A stretch of 52,654 bases of DNA from positions 1 through 52,654 of the IMG/VR virus record IMGVR_UViG_3300048025_000051. One strand, written 5' to 3'. The translations under genes and the position numbers were made by a program. Shown here one piece after another: positions 1 to 7,235 of the stretch. The stretch is from a virus (Duplodnaviria; Caudoviricetes). Each line of letters opens with the position of its first letter. The first letter of the stretch is position 1. The notes under the pieces are model-generated. The model worked only from the letters and a program-made list of their open reading frames with translations. It was not told the origin of the DNA and searched no databases.

Positions 1-1500
1 TCCAGATACTGAGTGCTGTAAAGATTGATAACCTATAGCTGTATTAAAACTTGATCCTGTCTGGTTTTCTAAAACACCCTCTCCTAAACCAACATTGCCT
101 TGTTGTGTTGTATAAGTTAAGCTTTCGCCTATTACTAAGTTTGTACCAGAGTCAGTGTAATCGAACGTTACGCCGCCTCCACCTCCAGTTGCAGTTACTG
201 TAACAGTTCCAGTGCCTTGATCAATAGATATACCTGATCCAGCTACAATTGATGTTACACCTGTATTTTCTAAAGTTAATACAGCAGGTGAAACAGAAGT
301 TAATGTTGATGTGATACCTGTACCTGCTGCAAACTTTAAAACTTCAGCTTCAGTTATAGAAGTTGTTGTTCCAGCGTTGTCTTGAATACTCCAAGAGCTC
401 ATGGTGCCATCACCAGCTCCAGTAGCTCCAGTTGATAATGCTGTTATTCTACCGTAAGCATCTACAGTTATATTATCTATCTTAACATTGTTTGACTGAC
501 TACCATAAGTGCCAGCACCAATACCAGCCGTGTCTAGCGATATAGTTCCGGTGTTTACAATTGGACCACCAGTTAGACCAACGCCCGAATTTACTTGCGT
601 AACTCCGGATGCGCCACCTGATTGTGTAACCCAGTCGTAATCGGAGCCGTCCCAAGAAAGTACTTGAGTTGCTGATGCAGTCGATGTGTTTAAATGATTA
701 TCAACATCTGCGTTTGTATATGCAGTTGGGATAACTGTATCACCTTCTAGTGCTGTACCTGCTGTAGTACCGAAACCTGGGAAAGATACTTTCGCTGTGT
801 TTGCAGATACATTTGTATTTGCACTTACTCTAGCTTCTGTGTAGTATAGGTTTGTACCTTCATTTATATTTGAAGTTGTTAATGACACAGCGCCAGTTAA
901 TCCATTTACTGAAGTTACACTTTGTGTATTGTCAACCTTTTCCCATGCAGTGCCATTTGATATAGCCCAATCACCAATACCATATGTAATACCTAAATAA
1001 GTACCAGGAGCACTAACTACATAATAGAAACCTTGATTAGCTGGAGCGGGTGAAGGTAAAGCAGGTGTGTTTGTGCCTGCGTTCCACGTGCCTTTGTAAA
1101 CTACCGCACCTACTAAAGCATCTGGTATGTATTGTACGTCTACTTTAGTTGAAGAGTTTAATGGAGCATAGCCATTAGCTTGCCCTTTTTCACTAGTGCT
1201 TTGTTTGTTGTTAAATGTTGTCCAATCAGTTGAAGATAAGTAACCATCAGCAGAGCTTGAAGCTTGTGTTATTCCGATGCTACCTGTATCTGTTATTGTT
1301 CCACCTGTTAATGGTGATGTTGCAGTAACGCTTTTAACTGTTCCTGATGTTTGACCAGTTAATATACTGTCCTTTAGCGTTTCGAATGTTATAGAGTTCG
1401 TTTCTAAAGCTCCTACACCACTAGTAGGCGCTACGCTTATTACGAACTGGTCACTGTTTTTGACCGTAGTTTTTAGTGGGTAAGAGTATATAATCGCCAT
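1..1500 (-). CDS. Tail fibre / receptor-binding protein, 3' end outside window (absent from supplied ORF track)
   Basis: ATG at 1500; frame open for 500 codons to the window edge: MAIIYSYPLKTT...YKGTWNAGTNTP...VTSVNGLTGAVSL...ITVDAYGRIT...NTAIGYQSL. Gly/Thr/Ser-rich, with motifs typical of phage fibres. Confidence 0.8.
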   Translation of the reverse strand, partial: MAIIYSYPLKTTVKNSDQFVISVAPTSGVGALETNSITFETLKDSILTGQTSGTVKSVTATSPLTGGTITDTGSIGITQASSSADGYLSSTDWTTFNNKQSTSEKGQANGYAPLNSSTKVDVQYIPDALVGAVVYKGTWNAGTNTPALPSPAPANQGFYYVVSAPGTYLGITYGIGDWAISNGTAWEKVDNTQSVTSVNGLTGAVSLTTSNINEGTNLYYTEARVSANTNVSANTAKVSFPGFGTTAGTALEGDTVIPTAYTNADVDNHLNTSTASATQVLSWDGSDYDWVTQSGGASGVTQVNSGVGLTGGPIVNTGTISLDTAGIGAGTYGSQSNNVKIDNITVDAYGRITALSTGATGAGDGTMSSWSIQDNAGTTTSITEAEVLKFAAGTGITSTLTSVSPAVLTLENTGVTSIVAGSGISIDQGTGTVTVTATGGGGGVTFDYTDSGTNLVIGESLTYTTQQGNVGLGEGVLENQTGSSFNTAIGYQSLQHSVSG

Positions 1501-1529
1501 AGTTTCTTTATAATTCGTTTATAGGTTAT

Positions 1530-1558
1530 ATACTTACAGGTTTCACTATTGTTTTACA
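1530..1558 (-). promoter_or_regulatory. Putative class-II (phage sigma) promoter for the tail-fibre gene
   Basis: TGTAAAAC-N12-TGTAAGTAT, 30 nt upstream of the ATG; nearly identical to the site at 10446-10474. Confidence 0.55.
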
Positions 1559-1574
1559 ATACAAGGTGTATAGT

Positions 1575-1618
1575 GTGACATTAGCCTGTTACTATACTAC
1601 TTATAAGGCTAGTGTCAC
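1575..1618. repeat. 44-bp palindromic site A (13-18-13)
   Basis: GTGACATTAGCCT-N18-AGGCTAGTGTCAC; arms complementary at 12/13; sister copy at 8876-8919. Confidence 0.85.
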
Positions 1619-1666
1619 TAAAAATGACGTTAGATATATTGGAGTATAGTGTTACCCCCTATGTTA

Positions 1667-1763
1667 TTGACAATCAATACGTTACAAAAACGATTTTTAT
1701 TTCACCGGGTCCCCCTTTTTCTCTAGGTTTTTACGTATATACCCTTGATTATCAGTATATTAC
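1667..1763 (+). promoter_or_regulatory. Two IHF-consensus-like boxes (1667-1685, 1745-1763)
   Basis: TTGACAATCAATACGTTAC and TTGATTATCAGTATATTAC both contain WATCARNNNNTTR. Confidence 0.4.
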
Positions 1764-1813
1764 GCCCAACTGTTTGACTTTTTCTCGACATGTACTAACT
1801 AATTTCTAATACT

Positions 1814-1845
1814 TTACAGACAAAACAGTACTCATTGTGGATAAT
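1814..1845 (+). promoter_or_regulatory. Early promoter-like motif, copy 1
   Basis: TTACAGACAAA-N13-TGGATAAT. Confidence 0.75.
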
Positions 1846-1996
1846 ATATATGTAACACAATAACAATAATCACTATGAACTATCTAACTATGTTTACTTC
1901 AAATGAATTACTTAATATGATTAACACTATTAATACACATAATGAAGTGTAGTGTAATACTTCTAACTAATTTTTATACACTAAATAAATATACAC

Positions 1997-2028
1997 TTAC
2001 AAACAAAACAAAACTCAAACTGGATAAT
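1997..2028 (+). promoter_or_regulatory. Early promoter-like motif, copy 2
   Basis: TTACAAACAAA-N13-TGGATAAT upstream of ORF 2065. Confidence 0.8.
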
Positions 2029-2064
2029 ATAATAAACAAATACTAATACTTAAATAATATAACT

Positions 2065-2295
2065 ATGCAAAATTCAATTCAATCAAAACGCTTCGTCATT
2101 CGCAAATCTCTAATAGGTCAAAACTCTATCATTGAAGTCACATTTAAAAATGGCAAAACATTCAAATATAATCACGACAAAGCTTTTCAACTTATGTCTT
2201 CAAACCTTGAACACTTGAACTGTTGGTTAAAATATAACTCTTATACTTCATCAACTTCAATTCCAAAAGTTCTACAAAATGCTGAGGTTATTTAA
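2065..2295 (+). CDS. Hypothetical early protein (76 aa)
   Basis: ORF after promoter motif with A-rich leader; followed by hairpin GAGGTTA/TAACCTC (2284-2303). Confidence 0.7.
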   Translation: MQNSIQSKRFVIRKSLIGQNSIIEVTFKNGKTFKYNHDKAFQLMSSNLEHLNCWLKYNSYTSSTSIPKVLQNAEVI

Positions 2296-2375
2296 TTAAC
2301 CTCTTCATTGAACAAACTAAAACTCGCGCGTTGAAATGTGTACATCACGAGTATAAATAATGTTGAACAGATACA

Positions 2376-2419
2376 AGTCACAATGGTTAATGTGAGTTCG
2401 ATTCTCACTGTGACTACTA
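2376..2419 (+). ncRNA. Mini tRNA-like element 1 (acceptor stem + T arm, no anticodon arm)
   Basis: AGTCACA / ATGGTTAAT / GTGAG-TTCGATT-CTCAC / TGTGACT / A-CTA: perfect 7-bp and 5-bp stems with a canonical T loop; intergenic. Confidence 0.75.
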
Positions 2420-2441
2420 CTAACTTTTTAAAATTACAATT

Positions 2442-2582
2442 ATGACTATTACTAATAAAATACAAAAACTATATAACAAACTAGATTTTCTTCAAGACAA
2501 TGACAGATGGGTTCAATACCGTCAAGTGTACAAAGAAATAACTGAACTAGAAAGATTAAGAGATGAATCATACTCAAACTAA
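2442..2582 (+). CDS. Small hypothetical protein (46 aa, below ORF-track cutoff)
   Basis: MTITNKIQKLYNKLDFLQDNDRWVQYRQVYKEITELERLRDESYSN; A-rich leader; fills the gap. Confidence 0.55.
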   Translation: MTITNKIQKLYNKLDFLQDNDRWVQYRQVYKEITELERLRDESYSN

Positions 2583-2588
2583 TTCGCT

Positions 2589-2729
2589 ATGACTATAGAT
2601 AAAATATACAATGAACTACAGTTAATAAATGAGTTTGAAGCTAATTTCAATATCACTCCACAGTCTAAAACTAGACGTGAAGAACTTACAAACAAATTAC
2701 AACAACTAATGGATAATAATATAAAATAA
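2589..2729 (+). CDS. Small hypothetical protein (46 aa)
   Basis: MTIDKIYNELQLINEFEANFNITPQSKTRREELTNKLQQLMDNNIK; tiles between neighbours on the coding strand. Confidence 0.55.
   Translation: MTIDKIYNELQLINEFEANFNITPQSKTRREELTNKLQQLMDNNIK
2686..2717 (+). promoter_or_regulatory. Early promoter-like motif, copy 3
   Basis: TTACAAACAAA-N13-TGGATAAT upstream of ORF 2732. Confidence 0.8.
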
Positions 2730-2731
2730 TC

Positions 2732-2989
2732 ATGCAATACAGAGATATAAAATATAACTACAGCGAGTGGACTACTCACAATGGTAAAAAAGCAAGTGGT
2801 TATTCATGCGAAGCTTTTAACCAACATCCATACCACGTTCAATCATTCTCAACAGAACTCGAACAAGACATGATAACTCAAATTGATGAGTACATTGACA
2901 ATCGAGATAAGTATGAAGCTCGTCGCGAACAAACAAATAAAGCAGCGAAAGAATTTTATAACTCAATGGGTGAATATAAAGGCGATTAA
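2732..2989 (+). CDS. Hypothetical early protein
   Basis: 85-aa ORF directly after promoter motif. Confidence 0.7.
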   Translation: MQYRDIKYNYSEWTTHNGKKASGYSCEAFNQHPYHVQSFSTELEQDMITQIDEYIDNRDKYEARREQTNKAAKEFYNSMGEYKGD

Positions 2990-2990
2990 T

Positions 2991-3146
2991 ATGAAGAAAG
3001 ATCTATACAAATACCAAAGAGCTAGAAGCATTAGTAAACGTAAGGTTATTGCTAAAATAACTAAAGCTGAAATTGAAGCTATTGAGCGTGAATACTACGA
3101 TAGATTTAACTCAGAACTATCTTCATGGATAATAATTAAACATTAA
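2991..3146 (+). CDS. Hypothetical protein (start re-called to ATG 2991)
   Basis: ATG begins 2 nt after the previous stop; MKKDLYKYQR... Confidence 0.55.
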   Translation: MKKDLYKYQRARSISKRKVIAKITKAEIEAIEREYYDRFNSELSSWIIIKH

Positions 3147-3156
3147 AACCATTACT

Positions 3157-3360
3157 ATGGATAAATATAAATTTTATTTCAATGATGCTACCGTTGATTA
3201 CTATGCCGATTACCAAGACGCAAATGGTTGGGCAGGTACTGCACTTGAAATATACAAGTTCATTGCAGACGAGTGTGAATGGCACGACGAGAGTGATATG
3301 CGAGAACTATACCTCGACTTACTCGAGCAAGTGGAAGATAAAATAATAGAACAGTTATGA
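3157..3360 (+). CDS. Acidic hypothetical early protein
   Basis: 67-aa Asp/Glu-rich ORF; isolated TGGATAAT at 3126-3133 upstream. Confidence 0.65.
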   Translation: MDKYKFYFNDATVDYYADYQDANGWAGTALEIYKFIADECEWHDESDMRELYLDLLEQVEDKIIEQL

Positions 3361-3365
3361 GCAAT

Positions 3366-3397
3366 TTACAAACAAATTACAATATCTTTTGGATAAT
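3366..3397 (+). promoter_or_regulatory. Early promoter-like motif, copy 4
   Basis: TTACAAACAAA-N13-TGGATAAT upstream of ORF 3415. Confidence 0.8.
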
Positions 3398-3414
3398 ATA
3401 ATAAATAACAAACT

Positions 3415-3615
3415 ATGCAAACAATTAAATTCTATAAAAAATACGATACTCATTTAGCTAAACTAGGCGATGTTGAATACAAAGGCTACAATGTTGGCGA
3501 TCTTCCTAACTCATTTGGCTTTATATACAATAAGTCTCGCGATCAAGAAGGTAAATCAAACTGGTTTAACTACAAAGGTTTAACTTACGTTGAAGTAACT
3601 GAACTGCCATGGTAG
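3415..3615 (+). CDS. Hypothetical early protein
   Basis: 66-aa ORF after promoter motif. Confidence 0.7.
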   Translation: MQTIKFYKKYDTHLAKLGDVEYKGYNVGDLPNSFGFIYNKSRDQEGKSNWFNYKGLTYVEVTELPW

Positions 3616-3860
3616 TTAAAACTATGAAAGAACTGCTCAACTATGTTGAAGAGCAAAAGAAGATTCGAGCTGCGGAGCATAGACGCAAGTTCGCGCATCA
3701 CGGTGAATGTGGTGGACTAACTGACAAAGAGTGGAATTCAATCAAACATGGTCAGAAATCTAGTTTTCCAAAAGCTAGAAAGTTCACCCATCACAAGATG
3801 TGGCGCGAAACAGGTAGTAAATATACAGTCGAACAACTAAAACAAATAGCAAAATCATGA
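3609..3860 (+). CDS. Hypothetical basic protein
   Basis: 83-aa ORF overlapping both neighbours in operon style. Confidence 0.65.
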   Translation: MVVKTMKELLNYVEEQKKIRAAEHRRKFAHHGECGGLTDKEWNSIKHGQKSSFPKARKFTHHKMWRETGSKYTVEQLKQIAKS

Positions 3861-4093
3861 GTAAAACGAAAGAACTAGATCTTATAGCGCAGGGCGTTGC
3901 AGATCACTGTAAAGAAATAATGTATGACACTGTCGAATGGCAGATATCAGATCAACCCGTTGACGGTGATGATTTCAACGAGTTACATAGTTATGTAATG
4001 GATTTAGCTATTGAAAAAATGGCTATAGAACTACCTGAATTTAGAAGACTAAACATAGGTGATTACAAACAAAACGAAACAACTACTGGATAA
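3857..4093 (+). CDS. Hypothetical protein
   Basis: 78-aa ORF, ATGA overlap. Confidence 0.65.
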   Translation: MSKTKELDLIAQGVADHCKEIMYDTVEWQISDQPVDGDDFNELHSYVMDLAIEKMAIELPEFRRLNIGDYKQNETTTG

Positions 4094-4094
4094 T
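4063..4094 (+). promoter_or_regulatory. Early promoter-like motif, copy 5
   Basis: TTACAAACAAA-N13-TGGATAAT upstream of ORF 4111. Confidence 0.8.
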
Positions 4095-4110
4095 ATAATA
4101 AACAACAAAT

Positions 4111-4299
4111 ATGTATTGTAGATGCGGAAATACTGTGCACCCAGTGCGAATAGACTTAGGTTACAAAACTTGTGTTGAGTGTTCAACCACTCAAACTTAC
4201 AGCTATGTACCAATCATCGAGCACAAGACAGGCAATACTATTCAAATCGTCAGCCAAGAAGTATCAGCGAGTGTGCACAGAGCTTGGCGACGTAAATAG
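4111..4299 (+). CDS. C4 zinc-finger protein, DksA/TraR-finger-like
   Basis: CRCGNTVHPVRIDLGYKTCVEC resembles the C..CG..I...R......C..C finger pattern. Confidence 0.55.
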   Translation: MYCRCGNTVHPVRIDLGYKTCVECSTTQTYSYVPIIEHKTGNTIQIVSQEVSASVHRAWRRK

Positions 4300-4347
4300 A
4301 CTGTCGCGGTGTGTACTCAGGGAGGAGATGACACCGCAGGTCTAAAT

Positions 4348-4427
4348 GGGCGTGAAATGGTTAGCGCGAACAAAGTTCGAAAGTACACTATTCGCAAACG
4401 CAGGTTCGATTCCTGCCACGTCCACTA
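4348..4427 (+). ncRNA. tRNA-like element 2, resembling an isolated tmRNA tRNA-like domain
   Basis: GGGCGTG/CACGTCC acceptor stem with G3-U70, discriminator A, stemless D loop AAATGGTTAGC, GCGAA/TTCGC helix, AAAC linker, GCAGG-TTCGATT-CCTGC T arm, ends A-CTA. Confidence 0.75.
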
Positions 4428-4429
4428 TA

Positions 4430-4461
4430 TTACAAACAAAATTCATTATCTAATGGATAAT
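4430..4461 (+). promoter_or_regulatory. Early promoter-like motif, copy 6
   Basis: TTACAAACAAA-N13-TGGATAAT upstream of ORF 4472. Confidence 0.8.
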
Positions 4462-4471
4462 ATATACGATT

Positions 4472-4717
4472 ATGACTAAAATTAAAACACTTAAACAACG
4501 GCTTAAACCAGAGGTTAGAGCAAAGCTTGAGTCTAATGACCGTAAATACTCTGCATCAGTGCGCAGTTTATTTATTAAACTAGACAAAACTATCTTTGTT
4601 TCTAGCTTAACATTGGATGATGTTCGCATGCTCCATATATTTTCTAACGATACATATACAGACAAAGACGGATTTGAACTAATGTGGTGCGAGCATATAT
4701 TTGATGACAATGACTGA
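4472..4717 (+). CDS. Hypothetical protein
   Basis: 81-aa ORF after promoter motif. Confidence 0.65.
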   Translation: MTKIKTLKQRLKPEVRAKLESNDRKYSASVRSLFIKLDKTIFVSSLTLDDVRMLHIFSNDTYTDKDGFELMWCEHIFDDND

Positions 4718-4985
4718 TACAACTAAATTACAAGCACACGATAAAGCTTTTGCAAATATGCATCAGTTATCTATCGATATGGCTCAAACCAGACTTCGAC
4801 TAGAAGGCAAGGTGTCAAGTGTATTTGACGAAGAGCAATTACAAACTACATTAGATTCTCAACTAAGAGAATTCGATGCATGGAATTATATAGCAACATT
4901 AATAGAAAAGGATTATGGAAAACACACTTACGTTGATGAAATACTTGGGTATCAACGAGATTACGACTTCGCGGCAGAAGGCTAA
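4710..4985 (+). CDS. Hypothetical protein
   Basis: ORF overlapping previous stop; start uncertain (4704 or 4710). Confidence 0.6.
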   Translation: MTDTTKLQAHDKAFANMHQLSIDMAQTRLRLEGKVSSVFDEEQLQTTLDSQLREFDAWNYIATLIEKDYGKHTYVDEILGYQRDYDFAAEG

Positions 4986-5265
4986 TGGTACAAGAGCTTT
5001 TGAAGCTCCGTTTAAAATACGTAGAAAACCAGTGAGATTTTACTCTTACAAAAGCGGTTACGTAAGAATTGATAGAAACACTCACACATTGTACCAAATA
5101 AACAAGACGTATGACGTTGATTATAAGGTAGTTATGCACAACGGTGAATTTTACCAGTGCAAAAGCCGGCGACGTATGATGATATATAATGAAGAATCTA
5201 GACTAAACTATATTCTAAAGTACATACTAAAAAACTATTTTAAATGGAACAACTATGACAGATAA
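4915..5265 (+). CDS. Hypothetical basic protein
   Basis: 116-aa ORF in operon. Confidence 0.65.
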   Translation: MENTLTLMKYLGINEITTSRQKANGTRAFEAPFKIRRKPVRFYSYKSGYVRIDRNTHTLYQINKTYDVDYKVVMHNGEFYQCKSRRRMMIYNEESRLNYILKYILKNYFKWNNYDR

Positions 5266-5704
5266 TAAATTAAAACTAGACGAAAAGCTCGTGCAGCAAT
5301 TGCTGTCAGAGGATAACGTTACTACCCCTGAAGATACTAGCTTTGCTATTATGCTTGAGCGTACTAAAAACCATTTTGACTTTGAAATAACAAATGGTTG
5401 GGCTAAAAATCCTGACATGCTGTTTTACACAGAGACAACATCTGATGGTTATGAGGTGTGGATAGCAACAGATGACGATAGAAATATATCAATTAATGAA
5501 GACGTATACTATTATGAAAGTGATTGGCTTGAAAAAATGTCTGACGCTATGACAGATGGTTTAACTATTTACTTTCAAGAACTTGAAGATGAAAACTACA
5601 ATTTTGAAGAAGTTGTACAAGATGTATACGAAGAGTACTACAATGATAAAAAACAAGAACTAATTGAAAAGCTAATTGATGACGGATATGAGTGGGAAGA
5701 ATAA
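5255..5704 (+). CDS. Highly acidic hypothetical protein
   Basis: 149 aa, very Asp/Glu-rich. Confidence 0.7.
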   Translation: MTDNKLKLDEKLVQQLLSEDNVTTPEDTSFAIMLERTKNHFDFEITNGWAKNPDMLFYTETTSDGYEVWIATDDDRNISINEDVYYYESDWLEKMSDAMTDGLTIYFQELEDENYNFEEVVQDVYEEYYNDKKQELIEKLIDDGYEWEE

Positions 5705-5963
5705 TAATACAGAACAAAAGCCTCTACCTAAATGGTATGACGGAGCTAAATATACAAAATGGGAAACGGTAACTAACCCGTTTTCAGGTCAATCAGAGTT
5801 GTTATCGCCTAATGAAGTTGCAATGTATGACTTAATTATGGGTTTAACTATGACGCTTGAACGTACAGGTTACAGATCAGAAAGGTTAATGAAAGATCAC
5901 AGGAGAGGTCTTGACTGGTTTAGAGTGGCAAACCCTGAAGCATATATGACTTTGCTAGACTAG
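5688..5963 (+). CDS. Hypothetical phage protein
   Basis: MSGKNNN...VTNPFSGQSELLSPNEVAMYDLIMG...WFRVANPEAYMTLLD; start re-called. Confidence 0.7.
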   Translation: MSGKNNNTEQKPLPKWYDGAKYTKWETVTNPFSGQSELLSPNEVAMYDLIMGLTMTLERTGYRSERLMKDHRRGLDWFRVANPEAYMTLLD

Positions 5964-5970
5964 CAACAAA

Positions 5971-6013
5971 GGACGTAATGGTTAATACAAGTTCGATTCT
6001 TGTACGTCCACTA
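5971..6013 (+). ncRNA. Mini tRNA-like element 3 (acceptor stem + T arm, no anticodon arm)
   Basis: GGACGT(A) / ATGGTTAAT / ACAAG-TTCGATT-CTTGT / ACGTCC / A-CTA; intergenic; same linker, T loop and 3' end as element 1. Confidence 0.72.
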
Positions 6014-6030
6014 ATTTTAAATTAATTATT

Positions 6031-6234
6031 ATGCCTAACATGAGTTATTGCCGGTTTGAAAACACGGTAAACGACATGCAAGATTGTTTAAACGCAATCG
6101 AAGATCGTGAAGTAAACGATCTAAGCAATTACGAAATAAAAGCTTTAAATCATTTTTTAGAGCTAGGTAGAGTTATCGTAGATTACGAAGATGATATTCA
6201 ACAAATTTTAGACAGACACTACCATGATGGATAG
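6031..6234 (+). CDS. Hypothetical phage protein
   Basis: Begins MPNMSYCRFENT, an N-terminus I recall from other phage proteins. Confidence 0.7.
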   Translation: MPNMSYCRFENTVNDMQDCLNAIEDREVNDLSNYEIKALNHFLELGRVIVDYEDDIQQILDRHYHDG

Positions 6235-6421
6235 AGATAAACATATATGGGAAGGTTGGACAGTCGGTGACTTCATTGACGATATAGAACCTATGTTTGA
6301 TAGGTGTGCTCCATTTATGGACAAGCAAAGTCTTAAACGTTGGGTTGCACAAGAACAACCTTATTACAAGAAACATACACCAGAAGTATACAATTACTTT
6401 TTAAAAAAATCAGGATTATGA
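6224..6421 (+). CDS. Hypothetical protein
   Basis: 65-aa ORF in operon (IWEGWTVGDFI). Confidence 0.65.
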   Translation: MMDRDKHIWEGWTVGDFIDDIEPMFDRCAPFMDKQSLKRWVAQEQPYYKKHTPEVYNYFLKKSGL

Positions 6422-6552
6422 AGACAATTAAACTAACAGAAGGCGACGCGATCTTTGTTCACTATGTACTACGCCAATACGCTGATCAAACAGCAGGGCT
6501 AGACAGTGAAGACAAGATAGAAATCTATGACGTCGCAGCTAAATTTAAATAA
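6418..6552 (+). CDS. Small hypothetical protein (start re-called)
   Basis: ATGA overlap at 6418; MKTIKLTEGD... Confidence 0.6.
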   Translation: MKTIKLTEGDAIFVHYVLRQYADQTAGLDSEDKIEIYDVAAKFK

Positions 6553-6553
6553 T

Positions 6554-6997
6554 ATGGCAACAAGAAACTTAACAATGGTTGTTGATCGCGAGCACGCGGA
6601 AAAGCACAAGGAAGGCTTTGCAGCTAATCCTAGTAACTTTACTGACAATAGCTATGTAAATATGTACTTACACCATGATGGTTATCCTGAGTTTCAGGGC
6701 GTACAAATAGCTAATTGGGTGCATACTAACGGCAGACAAGACGGTAGTGCGATGGCAGCGAAGCTAGTTCATGACATGTACTATGACAGTTGCTACTTAT
6801 ATCCATTACCAGATGCGATAGATCACCAATATACTTATATTATTTGGTCAGGTAAAAAAGATATATGGATCAGTTGTTATGACAATTACAACAGTGAAAA
6901 TGTATTTGTACTAACGCCTGCTAAAGTAATATCACGTTATATGTCTGATTATGAGTACACTGATTTCGCTAACAATGAAACTAGATATAATGACTAA
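6554..6997 (+). CDS. Hypothetical phage protein with YxHxDGYP motif
   Basis: MATR...YLHHDGYP; function unknown. Confidence 0.75.
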   Translation: MATRNLTMVVDREHAEKHKEGFAANPSNFTDNSYVNMYLHHDGYPEFQGVQIANWVHTNGRQDGSAMAAKLVHDMYYDSCYLYPLPDAIDHQYTYIIWSGKKDIWISCYDNYNSENVFVLTPAKVISRYMSDYEYTDFANNETRYND

Positions 6998-7235
6998 AAA
7001 AGAACTAGATTACGTAGCTGAAAAAGTAGCTGACGCTATAGTTGAAAAACTATTTAATTCAGAAAACTTTGAAGTTTCGTCTATGCCATCTGCAACAGAT
7101 GAGCAAATGATTATAGCTGAAGTAGCAAGACTTATGACCCTACTGTCACAATATGAAGAGTCAGAAGAGTATGAAAAAGCTGCTATTATACAAAACAAAA
7201 TAACTAAATTAGAAAAAATACTTAAAAAATTATGA
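6990..7235 (+). CDS. Hypothetical protein with UVR-like helical C-terminus
   Basis: EEYEKAAIIQNKI resembles the UvrB/C coiled-coil motif. Confidence 0.6.
   Translation: MTKKELDYVAEKVADAIVEKLFNSENFEVSSMPSATDEQMIIAEVARLMTLLSQYEESEEYEKAAIIQNKITKLEKILKKL

Noticed and set aside
1612-1809. 65-aa ORF in the divergent region
   Set aside because: GTG start lies inside the palindrome, upstream of the first early promoter, and the ORF overlaps regulatory motifs; probably non-coding.
1814-4461. Early repeats as a CRISPR array
   Set aside because: Copies are bipartite with a variable centre, lie 180-700 nt apart and are separated by ORFs; no cas genes.
2376-6013. Canonical tRNA genes or attP remnants
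   Set aside because: No canonical anticodon arm or D stem and no encoded CCA. The 5' acceptor strand is retained with compensatory changes, unlike att fragments, and no integrase is visible.
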